In this document: positions 19,863 through 29,320 of the stretch, in pieces
How the letters are laid out: each line of letters begins with the position of its first letter
Position numbering within the stretch: position 1 is the stretch's first letter
NCBI GenBank assembly: GCA_958449275.1
Contig: CAUDHE010000002.1
Coordinates: 3,588-67,587, forward strand
DNA length: 64,000 nucleotides
Source of the DNA: an uncultured Alistipes sp.
GTDB taxonomy: Bacteria > Bacteroidota > Bacteroidia > Bacteroidales > Rikenellaceae
Direction of reading: 5' to 3'
Notes under the pieces: generated by a model
What the model saw: the letters and a program-made list of their open reading frames with translations, nothing else
Told to the model about the DNA's origin: nothing
Databases searched by the model: none
Translations under genes and position numbers: made by a program

Positions 19863-20780
19863 ATGGAGAGAAAGAGCGTTTGTGAGGAAGTTAACAAGAT
19901 TTCTATTTCGAAAATTCAAAAATATTTTACCGGCGGCGGATTCATCTCCGACAAGTTGGTGCTGTCGCCTTTGGTGAACTTTCGCACTCTGGAGGGGCCG
20001 CCGAGCGCCATCGACGGCATCACGATAGGCGTGGTGTGCAACGGCACCGCGAAGACGGTCATCAACGGCCGCTCCTACGAAATGCGCTCCAATTCGGTCT
20101 TTCTGTTGCGCGAGGATTCGGTGATGGAGTCTTTCCGATGCAGCAAGGCTTGCATGGGATATCTGATAACCTATTCGCGCGAATTTCTCGATTCGGTGAA
20201 TATCGACACGGCCGATTTCCTGTCCTCGTACATGATGTTCAGCATGCGTTCGTGCTTTGCGGTGGAGCCTGTCGCGGGCGAACGCCTGCACCGCATGTTG
20301 GCCATGTTGTCCGACGCCGCACGGTCGAGCGTGGGCGATGTCTACGGCGACAAGATCGTAGCCTCGCTGTTCACATCTTTTTTCTATACTCTCATATCGA
20401 TCATCGCGTCCAATGCCGCGGCTTTCAAAGCCGAAGGACGCAGGAATCGCAGCGACGAACTGCTGTCGAAGTTCTTCGCCGCCCTGAGCGCCGATTGCGA
20501 GCGCGAACGTTCGGTGGAATACTACGCCGCCAAACTCAACATCAGTCCCAAATATCTGTCGCTCATATGCAAGAACAAGACGGGCAGCAACGCTTCGCGT
20601 ATCATCGACGAGGCCGTGATACGCAAGGCCAAGGAGTTGTTGACACGAACGGGCATGAGCATTCAGGAGGTTTCCGACCGACTCAATTTCGTGTCGCAGT
20701 CGTTCTTCGGCAAATATTTCAAACAACGAGTCGGCATTTCGCCCTCCCGTTACAAGGTCGGCGGCTGCAAACGGCCGTAA
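19863..20780 (+). CDS. AraC-family transcriptional regulator
   Basis: C-terminal double HTH: YAAKLNISPKYLSLICK...SIQEVSDRLNFVSQSFFGKYFKQRVGISPSRYK. Confidence 0.88.
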   Translation: MERKSVCEEVNKISISKIQKYFTGGGFISDKLVLSPLVNFRTLEGPPSAIDGITIGVVCNGTAKTVINGRSYEMRSNSVFLLREDSVMESFRCSKACMGYLITYSREFLDSVNIDTADFLSSYMMFSMRSCFAVEPVAGERLHRMLAMLSDAARSSVGDVYGDKIVASLFTSFFYTLISIIASNAAAFKAEGRRNRSDELLSKFFAALSADCERERSVEYYAAKLNISPKYLSLICKNKTGSNASRIIDEAVIRKAKELLTRTGMSIQEVSDRLNFVSQSFFGKYFKQRVGISPSRYKVGGCKRP

Positions 20781-20898
20781 TCCCTTAACCGATCCGCAAT
20801 CCCGATACAATTATGTTCCCGAGTCGAATACGAGACGGGGCTTAACATCTGTTTCAAGGAAAAAAATCGATTTTCATCTAAAAAAACACGGAATTCGA

Positions 20899-20907
20899 GG
20901 GGGGGGG
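20899..20907. repeat. G9 homopolymer inside a promoter spacer
   Basis: ggggggggg read directly. It ends 9 nt upstream of the -7 box at 20917. Confidence 0.95.
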
Positions 20908-20916
20908 AATTTTTAC

Positions 20917-20924
20917 TATATTTG
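20917..20924 (+). promoter_or_regulatory. -7 box TATATTTG for the lipoprotein gene at 20998
   Basis: Exact TAnnTTTG match 74 nt upstream of the ATG. Confidence 0.5.
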
Positions 20925-20927
20925 TAC

Positions 20928-20969
20928 CGAATCTCCTTTGGCCGTCCCGTGCGACGGTTCGGAGATTCG
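20928..20969 (+). promoter_or_regulatory. Nested hairpin at the predicted 5' end of the lipoprotein mRNA
   Basis: Outer 9-bp stem cgaatctcc/ggagattcg and an inner 6-bp stem. Starts 4 nt after the -7 box. Confidence 0.45.
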
Positions 20970-20997
20970 AAGTTTTACGTACCAAAATTTATTCCGA

Positions 20998-21699
20998 ATG
21001 AAAACCGCATTTCCGTTGGCAGCCGCCTTGCTGCTGTTCACTGCCGTCGCCTGTTCGAAGGACGACGCGCCGACCGATCCCGAAGGAACCGTATCGCTCA
21101 ACATGCTCAACTCCGACAACGGACAAACGTCGCTGGGTAACATGGGAGTATATATCAACAGCTCCGACAACTTCGTATGCCGCAATTGCAGCATGGCCGA
21201 GGCAGGTCCGTCGGGCGGGCTCTCGTCCATCGATCGCCTTTTGCTGAATAATCTGGCCAAGCAGGTGGCCGTGCGCAATGGTTACGGCTACGCCGTTTAC
21301 AGAGACGACGATATCCTCCGATTCCCTTCGGGACAGACAGCCTTGTTGGCCGATGCCATATATTACCGCATGAGAGTCGAGACGAAACTTACCGACAGCG
21401 AGACGAAAGAGTCCATAGGCGCGCACGTGAAATACATATCGGATCGCGCCGAACGCCATTCGCTGCCTTTGCCGGGCGAATATGTCTACGATATGAGACA
21501 CGCGTACAGTTACTGGGTAGATAATATTCCGCTCGAAAAAATAGACGAGATGTTAATAGATTCGCCTCTGACGATAGAGGAGATCGGCGCTCCCGAAGGA
21601 CGGATGGTGCTGGTTTCGAGAAACGGTGCGGAGTACGGTCGCTACAGACTCGCCTTCCGCCAAAAGGACGTATGGTCGTATGTGCTGTTAGATCTTTAA
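20998..21699 (+). CDS. Lipoprotein of unknown function
   Basis: Lipoprotein signal MKTAFPLAAALLLFTAVAC. No recognisable catalytic motif. ORF-track start 20938 precedes the signal peptide. Confidence 0.7.
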   Translation: MKTAFPLAAALLLFTAVACSKDDAPTDPEGTVSLNMLNSDNGQTSLGNMGVYINSSDNFVCRNCSMAEAGPSGGLSSIDRLLLNNLAKQVAVRNGYGYAVYRDDDILRFPSGQTALLADAIYYRMRVETKLTDSETKESIGAHVKYISDRAERHSLPLPGEYVYDMRHAYSYWVDNIPLEKIDEMLIDSPLTIEEIGAPEGRMVLVSRNGAEYGRYRLAFRQKDVWSYVLLDL

Positions 21700-21737
21700 T
21701 ACCATTTCGCGGAATGCTTCCGCCATGACTTGAAAAC

Positions 21738-21767
21738 GGCCGCCCGACATGTTCGGACGGCTTTTTT
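21738..21767 (+). terminator. Rho-independent terminator
   Basis: Imperfect stem ggccgcccgac/gttcggacggc followed by T6 (21762-21767). Confidence 0.65.
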
Positions 21768-21941
21768 ACGAAAACTTGCGCGCTCCGTGCGGAATAGAGC
21801 CGCCCGGGCCCCGCATGGAGCCCGACGGTTAGAAGCAAAGTTTTCTCGTTGCCGCGACCGCAAATTTTATTGTTTTTGCCGACAAATCCTATCCTCGCAG
21901 ACCGAAACTCCGACAAGGATTGCGAATCGAGAAAATATGAC

Positions 21942-21949
21942 TATATTTG
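21942..21949 (+). promoter_or_regulatory. -7 box TATATTTG for the Lrp/AsnC gene
   Basis: Exact match 75 nt upstream of the TTG start at 22024. Confidence 0.45.
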
Positions 21950-22023
21950 TCGTTGCGAGCATGTTTTTCGACCATGACATCGCATGCAATGCGCCGTCGA
22001 AATAATTTTATTCCTCGAACACT

Positions 22024-22494
22024 TTGGACAAAACCGATATCAAAATACTGAAAATCCTTCAGGAGAACTCGCGACTCACGATCAAGGAACTTGCCGCGCG
22101 AGTCAACTTGTCGCCCACGCCCGTGTTCGAACGCATGCGCAGACTCGATGCCGAGGGATACATCAAGAAATATACGGTCGTATTGGACGCCGCGAAACTC
22201 AATTGCGGTCTCGCGGTCTTCTGCCACGTGAAGTTGAGCCGCATGAACAGCGACGTGGCCTCCCAATTCGAATGCGTGGTGCGCGGAATACCCGAAGTTA
22301 CAGAGTGTTACAACATATCGGGCGACTACGACTATCTGCTGAAGATACATGCTCCCGACATGAAATATTACCGCGAGTTCCTCATCAACGTGTTGGGTGC
22401 CGTCGACTGCCTCGGGTCGTTCACGAGTACCTTCGTAATGGACGAGGTGAAACACGATTACGGCATTCCCCTCCTGGGCGACGAACGGCCGTAG
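22024..22494 (+). CDS. Lrp/AsnC-family transcriptional regulator (TTG start)
   Basis: MDKTDIKILKILQENSRLTIKELAARVNLSPTPVFERMRRL. An in-frame TAA at 22003 leaves no upstream ATG, and the conserved N-terminus begins at the TTG. Confidence 0.88.
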   Translation: MDKTDIKILKILQENSRLTIKELAARVNLSPTPVFERMRRLDAEGYIKKYTVVLDAAKLNCGLAVFCHVKLSRMNSDVASQFECVVRGIPEVTECYNISGDYDYLLKIHAPDMKYYREFLINVLGAVDCLGSFTSTFVMDEVKHDYGIPLLGDERP

Positions 22495-22557
22495 TTTTAT
22501 CCCTATGAGCCGCCGCATTTGCGAAATACCACTCCGTCCGTGCAAAATGCAAGCAGG

Positions 22558-22589
22558 TTTGCTTTTGCAGTCGCTTATTAGTATCTTTG
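22558..22589 (+). promoter_or_regulatory. Promoter (-33 TTTG, -7 TATCTTTG) for the DUF4091 lipoprotein gene
   Basis: TTTG at 22558-22561, 20-nt spacer, TATCTTTG at 22582-22589. The ATG is at 22655. Confidence 0.55.
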
Positions 22590-22654
22590 TAATGCGAGGC
22601 GGTTGCGTCGCCTGTGCCGTAGTGCGGATTTCAACAACTTTAATAACATCTGAC

Positions 22655-24397
22655 ATGAATCTACCTAAACTTATCACCATTTCGGCAGCCGTAGCGGCGG
22701 GGATCGTCGTCGCGGCATGCGGCAGAGTATCGGAACCCGTTGTCACGTTCGTCGAGCCCGACGATCCGTCGCCTGTCACGGCCGAGGCCCTAAAGGCTTG
22801 GACCGACACACGAAAAGGACTTCACGGAGCGTGGGGCGATCCCGACCTGCGTTACTCGCGCAGCGAAGTGCCGCAGCCGCTCGACTGCGAGAACTTCGAA
22901 ATAACCGCATGGCGGGGCGAACGCGCCTCGGCGCAGTTCCTGCTTTGGACAGCCGACGGTGCCGACGGCGTGGAGTGCCGCGTAGAGGATTTCCGATCGG
23001 ACAACGCCACGCTGCCCGCTTCGACTGCCTGCACGCGATTCGTGCGTTACACGCTTGCCGACAGCGTGTTCCGTGTGGGCGGTCCGACCATCCTGTCGCC
23101 CGATATGCTCGACACGCTGTCGCGTTTCGACATGGCGCCGCGCACCGTACGTCCCGTATGGGTGACGGTCGAGGTGCCTCGCGACGCCGCGGCGGGAGTA
23201 TACCGTTCGCAGATCGTAGCCACCCGAAACGGATGCGGAAAGGTGCGTATGCCTCTTACGCTGGTAGTGCAGGATCACACACTTCCCGAACCCGCCGAGT
23301 GGAGCTATCACCTCGATCTGTGGCAACACCCCTCGTCGGTGGCCCGCGCTCAGGGGCTCGACATGTGGGGCGATGCCCATTTCGAAGCCATGAAACCCAT
23401 CATGACCATGCTCGCCGAAGCCGGACAGAAGGTGGTGACCGCCACGCTCAACAAGGATCCGTGGAACCATCAGTGCTACGACGGATACGAGAACATGATC
23501 GAGTGGACCCGCCGCAAGGACGGCACATGGAGCTACAATTACGAGGTGTTCGACCGCTGGGTCGAAATGATGTTCTCGCTGGGCATCGACAAGATGATAA
23601 ACTGCTATTCGATGGTACCGTGGAACTGCGAACTCGACTATTTCGACGAGGCGCAAGGCAAGACCGTCACCGTAAAGGCCGAACCCGGCAAACCCGAGTT
23701 CCCCGCTATGTGGGAGCCGTTTTTGGCCGACTTCAAAAAACATCTGGCCGACAAGGGATGGCTGGGCATTACCAACATAGCCATGGACGAGCGTTCGCCC
23801 GAGGCGATGGACGCCGCAGTGAAGGTTCTGGAGAAGTGCGCTCCCGAAATGGGCTTTGCGCTGGCCGACAACCACAAGTCGTATAAGAAATACACCATGA
23901 TGCGCGACGTTTGCGTGGCTCAGGGGCAGCCCGCCGACCATGCCGACATAGAGGCCCGCCGTGCGCAGGGATTCAACACCACGTTCTATGTCTGCTGCGG
24001 TCCGCTCTATCCCAACACGTTCACCTATTCGGCGCCGTTCGAGGCCGAGCTTTTGGGTTGGTACGGTCTCGCATGGGATTACGACGGCATGCTGCGCTGG
24101 GCCTACAACTCGTGGCCCGCTGATCCGCAGACCGATTCGCGTTACGGTACATGGAGCTCGGGCGACACCTATCTGGTGTATCCTCATGCCCGTTCGTCGA
24201 TACGATTCGAGCGTCTGATCGACGGTATCGAGGCGGCGGAGAAGGTGCGCGCGCTTCGTGCCGCGGGTGTCGACACATCGGCCGTGGAGGCTGCATTGGC
24301 GAAGATCCGCGCCACGAACGTGAACGACCACACGCAGCCGTGGCGGCAGATCACAGCCGAAGCGCGCACCGCCCTGAACGAGGTTTCGGCGAAGTAG
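22655..24397 (+). CDS. Lipoprotein, putative glycoside hydrolase (DUF4091 / GH123-like)
   Basis: Lipoprotein signal MNLPKLITISAAVAAGIVVAAC. The central WQHPSSVA...LNKDPWNHQCYDGYENMIEW...INCYSMVPW region resembles DUF4091 proteins. Confidence 0.6.
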   Translation: MNLPKLITISAAVAAGIVVAACGRVSEPVVTFVEPDDPSPVTAEALKAWTDTRKGLHGAWGDPDLRYSRSEVPQPLDCENFEITAWRGERASAQFLLWTADGADGVECRVEDFRSDNATLPASTACTRFVRYTLADSVFRVGGPTILSPDMLDTLSRFDMAPRTVRPVWVTVEVPRDAAAGVYRSQIVATRNGCGKVRMPLTLVVQDHTLPEPAEWSYHLDLWQHPSSVARAQGLDMWGDAHFEAMKPIMTMLAEAGQKVVTATLNKDPWNHQCYDGYENMIEWTRRKDGTWSYNYEVFDRWVEMMFSLGIDKMINCYSMVPWNCELDYFDEAQGKTVTVKAEPGKPEFPAMWEPFLADFKKHLADKGWLGITNIAMDERSPEAMDAAVKVLEKCAPEMGFALADNHKSYKKYTMMRDVCVAQGQPADHADIEARRAQGFNTTFYVCCGPLYPNTFTYSAPFEAELLGWYGLAWDYDGMLRWAYNSWPADPQTDSRYGTWSSGDTYLVYPHARSSIRFERLIDGIEAAEKVRALRAAGVDTSAVEAALAKIRATNVNDHTQPWRQITAEARTALNEVSAK

Positions 24398-24473
24398 AGC
24401 GCAACCGCCGCGCAGGGCGACAGGATAGAAACGTCGCATGCGGCAGGCAGTCGAAAAATTCGAGGTTTTATAT

Positions 24474-24481
24474 TACCTTTG
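24474..24481 (+). promoter_or_regulatory. -7 box TACCTTTG for the FNT-like gene
   Basis: Exact TAnnTTTG match 64 nt upstream of the ATG at 24545. Confidence 0.45.
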
Positions 24482-24483
24482 TC

Positions 24484-24515
24484 CGCATATCGGCGCATCT
24501 TCGCGCCGATATGCG
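24484..24515 (+). promoter_or_regulatory. Perfect 13-bp inverted repeat (operator or 5' stem-loop)
   Basis: cgcatatcggcgc-atcttc-gcgccgatatgcg. Begins 3 nt after the -7 box. Confidence 0.6.
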
Positions 24516-24544
24516 ACAATTGATTTACTGACCCTATATTTGAA

Positions 24545-25144
24545 ATGAAAAAACGACTGTTCAACACCTTTGCGCTGGCCGTGCTGGCAGGCATAATGAT
24601 CGGATTCGGCGGCATAGTATTTCTGATGTGTTCCAACCGCCTCGCGGGGGCATTTCTGTTCTCGTTCGGTCTGCTGACCATCATCTGCCAGGGTTTGGCT
24701 CTCTACACGGGCCGAGTGGGATATTTCCGCAGTTACGGATGGGCCGAAATGACCGCTACGCTGGCGGGCAACTTCGTCGGCACATTCCTGGCGGCGCGAG
24801 CTTTCGCCCTCACGCGCCACACATGCGACGTGGCTTCGGTGGTGGCTCCCAAGCTCGCCGATTCGTCGATGAGCATCTTCGTGCTGGCAGTGGGCTGCGG
24901 CGCGATGATGTTTCTGGCCGTGGATTCCTACCGACGCTCGCAATCGTGGCTGTTCGTGATTCTGCCCGTCGTCATCTTCATCCTCAGCGGATTCGAACAC
25001 TCCATCGCCAACATGTTCTACATATCGCTGGCCGACGCCTGGGACTGGGATGCGCTGCGCATAACTGTTCTGGCCGTAGCGGGCAACGCCGCGGGAAGCT
25101 GGCTCGTCAACAGCCGCAATTTTACTTTGAACGCGACGGAATAG
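24545..25144 (+). CDS. Formate/nitrite transporter (FNT) family protein, short form
   Basis: FEHSIANMFY motif and polytopic topology. Only 199 aa. Confidence 0.65.
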   Translation: MKKRLFNTFALAVLAGIMIGFGGIVFLMCSNRLAGAFLFSFGLLTIICQGLALYTGRVGYFRSYGWAEMTATLAGNFVGTFLAARAFALTRHTCDVASVVAPKLADSSMSIFVLAVGCGAMMFLAVDSYRRSQSWLFVILPVVIFILSGFEHSIANMFYISLADAWDWDALRITVLAVAGNAAGSWLVNSRNFTLNATE

Positions 25145-25206
25145 ACACCGACGGCGGATCCGACGACATCGCCAATAAAAACAAACCCGATAAAACACTA
25201 TCGACC

Positions 25207-26073
25207 ATGAAACGAATCCTTACCATTCTGCTGGCGGCAGCCGTTATGCCCCTCGCCGCGCAGGAGTACGGCCAGAATCGCACCATAGCGATCTGGGACA
25301 ACTCCTCGGCTCCCCATTCCAACGAACTTACCTCGCCCGAGGCGGAGACATCGCCCGATATCATCGGGTCCGTCACCGAAGCCGTGCTCTATGTTTTCGA
25401 GGCCGACCCCGCCAAGGCGACGGGGCAGGCGATGGTGATATGCCCGGGCGGCGCATACGCCGTGGTGTGCATGAGCTACGAAGGTGTGGAGATGGCCAAG
25501 TGGCTGGCTTCGCGGGGAATAACCTGCGGCGTATTGAAATACCGCATGCCCAACGGACATAAGGAGGTGCCTCTGGAGGATGCCGTCGAGGCGCTGCGCA
25601 TCATGCGCCGCAACGCCGCCGAACTCAAGATCGATCCCGCGAAGGTGGGGATCATGGGTTTCTCGGCCGGAGGTCATCTTGCGGCCTACACCTCGAATTT
25701 CGCGCCCGAAGGAGAGAAACCCGCCTTTTCGATCCTCTTCTACCCCGTCATCACGGGCGAGGAGGGGCTTTGTCACAAAGGTTCGTTCGACAATTTGCTG
25801 GGAGCCGACGCCACGGCCGCACAGCGCGCCGAGTACTCGCTCGAAACGCGTGTCACGCGTTCCACGCCGCCTGCTCTGCTGTTGCTTTCGGACCACGACA
25901 CCGTGGTGCCTCCCATAAGCAGTACGCGTTACTACAACGCACTTAAGAAACACGGCATAAAGGCTTCGATGCACATCTATCCCGAGGGCTGGCACGGCTG
26001 GGGCATCAGGTCCGATTTCCCCTATCGCGAGGCTTGGCAGACGTCGCTGCTCGACTGGCTGAGAATGTTGTGA
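25207..26073 (+). CDS. Secreted alpha/beta hydrolase (esterase/lipase fold)
   Basis: Signal peptide MKRILTILLAAAVMPLAAQ, nucleophile elbow GFSAGGH, VICPGGAY oxyanion-type motif. ORF-track start 24628 overlaps the FNT gene. Confidence 0.82.
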   Translation: MKRILTILLAAAVMPLAAQEYGQNRTIAIWDNSSAPHSNELTSPEAETSPDIIGSVTEAVLYVFEADPAKATGQAMVICPGGAYAVVCMSYEGVEMAKWLASRGITCGVLKYRMPNGHKEVPLEDAVEALRIMRRNAAELKIDPAKVGIMGFSAGGHLAAYTSNFAPEGEKPAFSILFYPVITGEEGLCHKGSFDNLLGADATAAQRAEYSLETRVTRSTPPALLLLSDHDTVVPPISSTRYYNALKKHGIKASMHIYPEGWHGWGIRSDFPYREAWQTSLLDWLRML

Positions 26074-26123
26074 CGGGTTACGTCAGGCCGCGATCCGCAC
26101 GCAGCGGCATTATTCATTTCATG

Positions 26124-27653
26124 TCATTTGCCGCGACGGTGCAGCCAAAGAGTGAAAACAATGAAAACGGCGTAGATAGCGACGCATGCCGTCGCACTCG
26201 GTTCGAATTCGAACCAAAGCGCATCTGCGGATGCGCACCATCGCGTGACGGCATCCAGCACGCCTCCCGCAACGGTTATCGCCCGAGCGGCGACGGGAGC
26301 GAAAAGGGGCAGCGGTACAAGCGACCACACGAGGCCTGTGCCCAGCAATACCGCACTCGGCAATATCGCGGCGGGTCCCGCCACGATGCCCCAAAACGAC
26401 ACTGAGCCGAAAAACAGTGCCGAAAGCGGCACGATGGCCGTCGATGCGGCAAAACTGACGGCGACGGCAAATCGAAGCCGCTGCACGACATACTTCATTA
26501 TCCTCACGGGGCGTCTCCTCATGGCGGCGTCCCGTTTTTCGTCCTCGAACGGATCTTTCCGACGCTGTTCCGCCCGTCCGAGCGGCACGCCCCATTCTAC
26601 TATGGCCGCCACGGCAGCGAACGACATGAGGAATCCCGCGTCCCAAAGATTTCGCGCGTCGAACAACAGCATGACGCATGCGGTGAAAGCGAGCGAGTTC
26701 AGCGTGTCGGATCGCACGCTCATACCCGTGGTGAGTTGCAGAATCGTGAACATGGTCGCAGCGCGCGTCACGCTCGGCGAAAAGCCCGCCACGGCGGCAT
26801 AGATCCATATAGCGACGACGGCTGCCGCACAACGCAGCAGATGTCCGCGCCTCAGCAGGGGCATCCACCACAGCAGCAGATTGACCATTGCGAACACGAA
26901 GCCCGCGTGCAACCCCGATACGGCCAGCAGATGAGCCGTGCCCGCGAGTGAATAACGCCGCCGCATTTCGGGGGTTATGCCCGATCTGTCGCCCACGGCG
27001 ACGGCGCGTGTCAGAGCGTCGATATCGGGCGGTAACCCGAGCCGTCCGATCCTCTCGACGGCCCGTGCACGCAGGCGGCTGCCGAAAGAGGGGCTCCCCG
27101 AGCGGCGCTCCACGACGTTTTGCGGGTAGACCGTCACCTGCCCCGCGAACCCCCGTCGCGCCATGTAGCGTTCGTATTTGTCGTCGGAACGACGCGAATA
27201 GGGTTTTATGCGGCAGATCGCAACCACACGTTCGCCCGAGGACAAATCGAGCCGCGGATCGGCCGATATGCGTATTTTGTGGCGATGCCGCACCGCTCCC
27301 TCGGCTGTGTCGAATGCGAGCAGACGCCCCTCGGCATATACCGCTTTGTCGCGGCGTGCCGCGATTTCGTCCACCGCGATCTCTGCCGTACACTCCTCGG
27401 TCGGAAGCTCCGACACATCGTACCTCACTTCGGCGGCGCACCATCCCGCCATGAACAGCGCCAGACAGATACACAGATCGGCGGCGAAGCGTCGTCGCAC
27501 GAGTCTCGCCGCAATGATGCAGATGCCGAAGCCCGCAGCCGCACCCCACGGCGGGAGCGCGAAACGACTCGCCGCGACTATGCCCGCGACAAGGGGAACG
27601 AGCGCCTTGACCATAGGCGAACCCGCAGATATGTTTCCCGAGGTATGCTTCAT
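26124..27653 (-). CDS. comEC: ComEC/Rec2 family membrane protein (start uncertain: 27653, or up to 27779)
   Basis: LAGTAHLLAVSGLHAGFVFA...AGFSPSVTRAATMF competence-domain motifs. No metallo-beta-lactamase domain. Confidence 0.82.
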   Translation of the reverse strand: MKHTSGNISAGSPMVKALVPLVAGIVAASRFALPPWGAAAGFGICIIAARLVRRRFAADLCICLALFMAGWCAAEVRYDVSELPTEECTAEIAVDEIAARRDKAVYAEGRLLAFDTAEGAVRHRHKIRISADPRLDLSSGERVVAICRIKPYSRRSDDKYERYMARRGFAGQVTVYPQNVVERRSGSPSFGSRLRARAVERIGRLGLPPDIDALTRAVAVGDRSGITPEMRRRYSLAGTAHLLAVSGLHAGFVFAMVNLLLWWMPLLRRGHLLRCAAAVVAIWIYAAVAGFSPSVTRAATMFTILQLTTGMSVRSDTLNSLAFTACVMLLFDARNLWDAGFLMSFAAVAAIVEWGVPLGRAEQRRKDPFEDEKRDAAMRRRPVRIMKYVVQRLRFAVAVSFAASTAIVPLSALFFGSVSFWGIVAGPAAILPSAVLLGTGLVWSLVPLPLFAPVAARAITVAGGVLDAVTRWCASADALWFEFEPSATACVAIYAVFIVFTLWLHRRGK

Positions 27654-27853
27654 TCGTTCGCGCCCGAGGCGCACAGTCGTAAAGATAGACAAAATCATAC
27701 GCAAAAACAAGTCTCGTCGGTCGTCCTCGGCACGAAAATACGGCCGTGTCCCTCGCTCGGGGCACGGCCGTGACAGCAATCAATAAATATATGAATTCTA
27801 CGAAAAGAGTCTTCCGCAACACAGCCGCGGTCGTTCGCAGCCGCAGGACGCTT

Positions 27854-29320
27854 TTATTTGCGGCCTAACTTGAGATCGACGCCCACGCCCAGCACGCCGC
27901 TGCGACGTTTGTAGAGAGTGGTGCAATCGATGTCGCCCACCAAGGTCGCAACCTTGTTCGTCACCGACCGCTTGTCGTAAAGCGAGAAGAAATAACCCGC
28001 ATTGAGGCGCACTTTAGGGCTGATGTTCCATGCGCCTCCCAAACCGACCGAGGTCGCGCTGAGCACATGGTTGGTGTCGGTGAAATATGCGTCCGAAGTG
28101 CTGTATACGGTACGCTGCACACCTGCGCTCACGAGGAACTTCTTCGAAAGATCGTATTCGGCGCCGAACATGTACTCGGCCGTGCCGGCATCGATCAGTA
28201 TCTGCTTGTTGTCGACCATGTGGGCGTTCTTGTCGAAAAAGTAGTGGTACTCGGCCGTGAGACGCAAACGACCGTCGACGAACGACTTGCCCAGCGCGAG
28301 ACTCAGCATGGCGGGAATGTCGTTGGGGGTCTTGCCGCCGTCGGCATATGCGTTGCCCGCAGCCGCGCCCAGATCGTCGCGCTCGGTATGGTTGGTGAGG
28401 GTCATGGCCGTACGGAACTCGTAACGCGCCGAGGCCGACCAGCTTCCTTTGCGGAAATAGAGCGCCAGCGAGGGGTTGACGCCCCAGCCTTTCTGGATGC
28501 AGTCGACGTATTTGTCGTGCGTGAGGTCGGCATATGCCGCGGCCATACCCGCCAACTGCGGCTGTCCCTGAGCCTGCAACAGTCCCGACACGGTAGTCAG
28601 GAAGTCGTCGGCGCGAATCATGCTGCCGTCGAGACCGAGCGAGGGGGCCGAGGGGTTCACCATTATGTCGTTGATGTGTCCGTCGTATTTGTTGCGGGTG
28701 TAGTTGAGACGCACCATTGCCGAAGCCGACAGCCAATCGGTCAGGCGGTAGGCGAAGCCGAGTTGTCCCGACAGATTCATGGTCAGTCCGCGGAACGAAC
28801 AAGCCAGCGAGTATTGCGACGCCGACATTCCGTAAGCCTGTCCCAACGTCGAAATGGCCGCGGGAAGCACGGCGAACTGCTGCTCGAATGATCCGAGTCC
28901 TTCATTGAACTTCACGCGACCGCCGCCGCCCGACACTCCGGCCGAGAGGAACAGCGCCCAGCGATTATGTTTGTAAGTGACGTGGAGATTGGGTACCACG
29001 GGCGACCAGATCTTGCCCTCGAAAGTCTGCGAGCTGTTGCCCGGGGTCATGGCGCTCATGGCAAACGGCGCGTAGTCCATGCTCGTGGTGCGGGTCATGA
29101 ATGCGCTTTGGGCATTGAGCGACAGCATCCAGCCGTTGTCCATGAACGCGGTGCCGGCGGGATTGTAGTAGGGGGCGTCGGCATCGAGGGTGACGCCGCG
29201 CGTGATGTGGCGCAGGAAAGCCACGCTCTGATTGGTGTTGGTTAGAATGCCTCCGGCGAGCGCGCTGCCCGCGAGGGCGATCGAAGCCGCCGAGGCGAGG
29301 ATGAGTTTTCCGATTTTCAT
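27854..29320 (-). CDS. FadL/OmpP1/TodX-like outer-membrane transport barrel
   Basis: Signal peptide MKIGKLILASAASIALAGSALA, then GGILTNTNQSVAFLR...APYYNPAGTAF. Alternating beta-strand pattern to the C-terminus. Confidence 0.7.
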   Translation of the reverse strand: MKIGKLILASAASIALAGSALAGGILTNTNQSVAFLRHITRGVTLDADAPYYNPAGTAFMDNGWMLSLNAQSAFMTRTTSMDYAPFAMSAMTPGNSSQTFEGKIWSPVVPNLHVTYKHNRWALFLSAGVSGGGGRVKFNEGLGSFEQQFAVLPAAISTLGQAYGMSASQYSLACSFRGLTMNLSGQLGFAYRLTDWLSASAMVRLNYTRNKYDGHINDIMVNPSAPSLGLDGSMIRADDFLTTVSGLLQAQGQPQLAGMAAAYADLTHDKYVDCIQKGWGVNPSLALYFRKGSWSASARYEFRTAMTLTNHTERDDLGAAAGNAYADGGKTPNDIPAMLSLALGKSFVDGRLRLTAEYHYFFDKNAHMVDNKQILIDAGTAEYMFGAEYDLSKKFLVSAGVQRTVYSTSDAYFTDTNHVLSATSVGLGGAWNISPKVRLNAGYFFSLYDKRSVTNKVATLVGDIDCTTLYKRRSGVLGVGVDLKLGRK

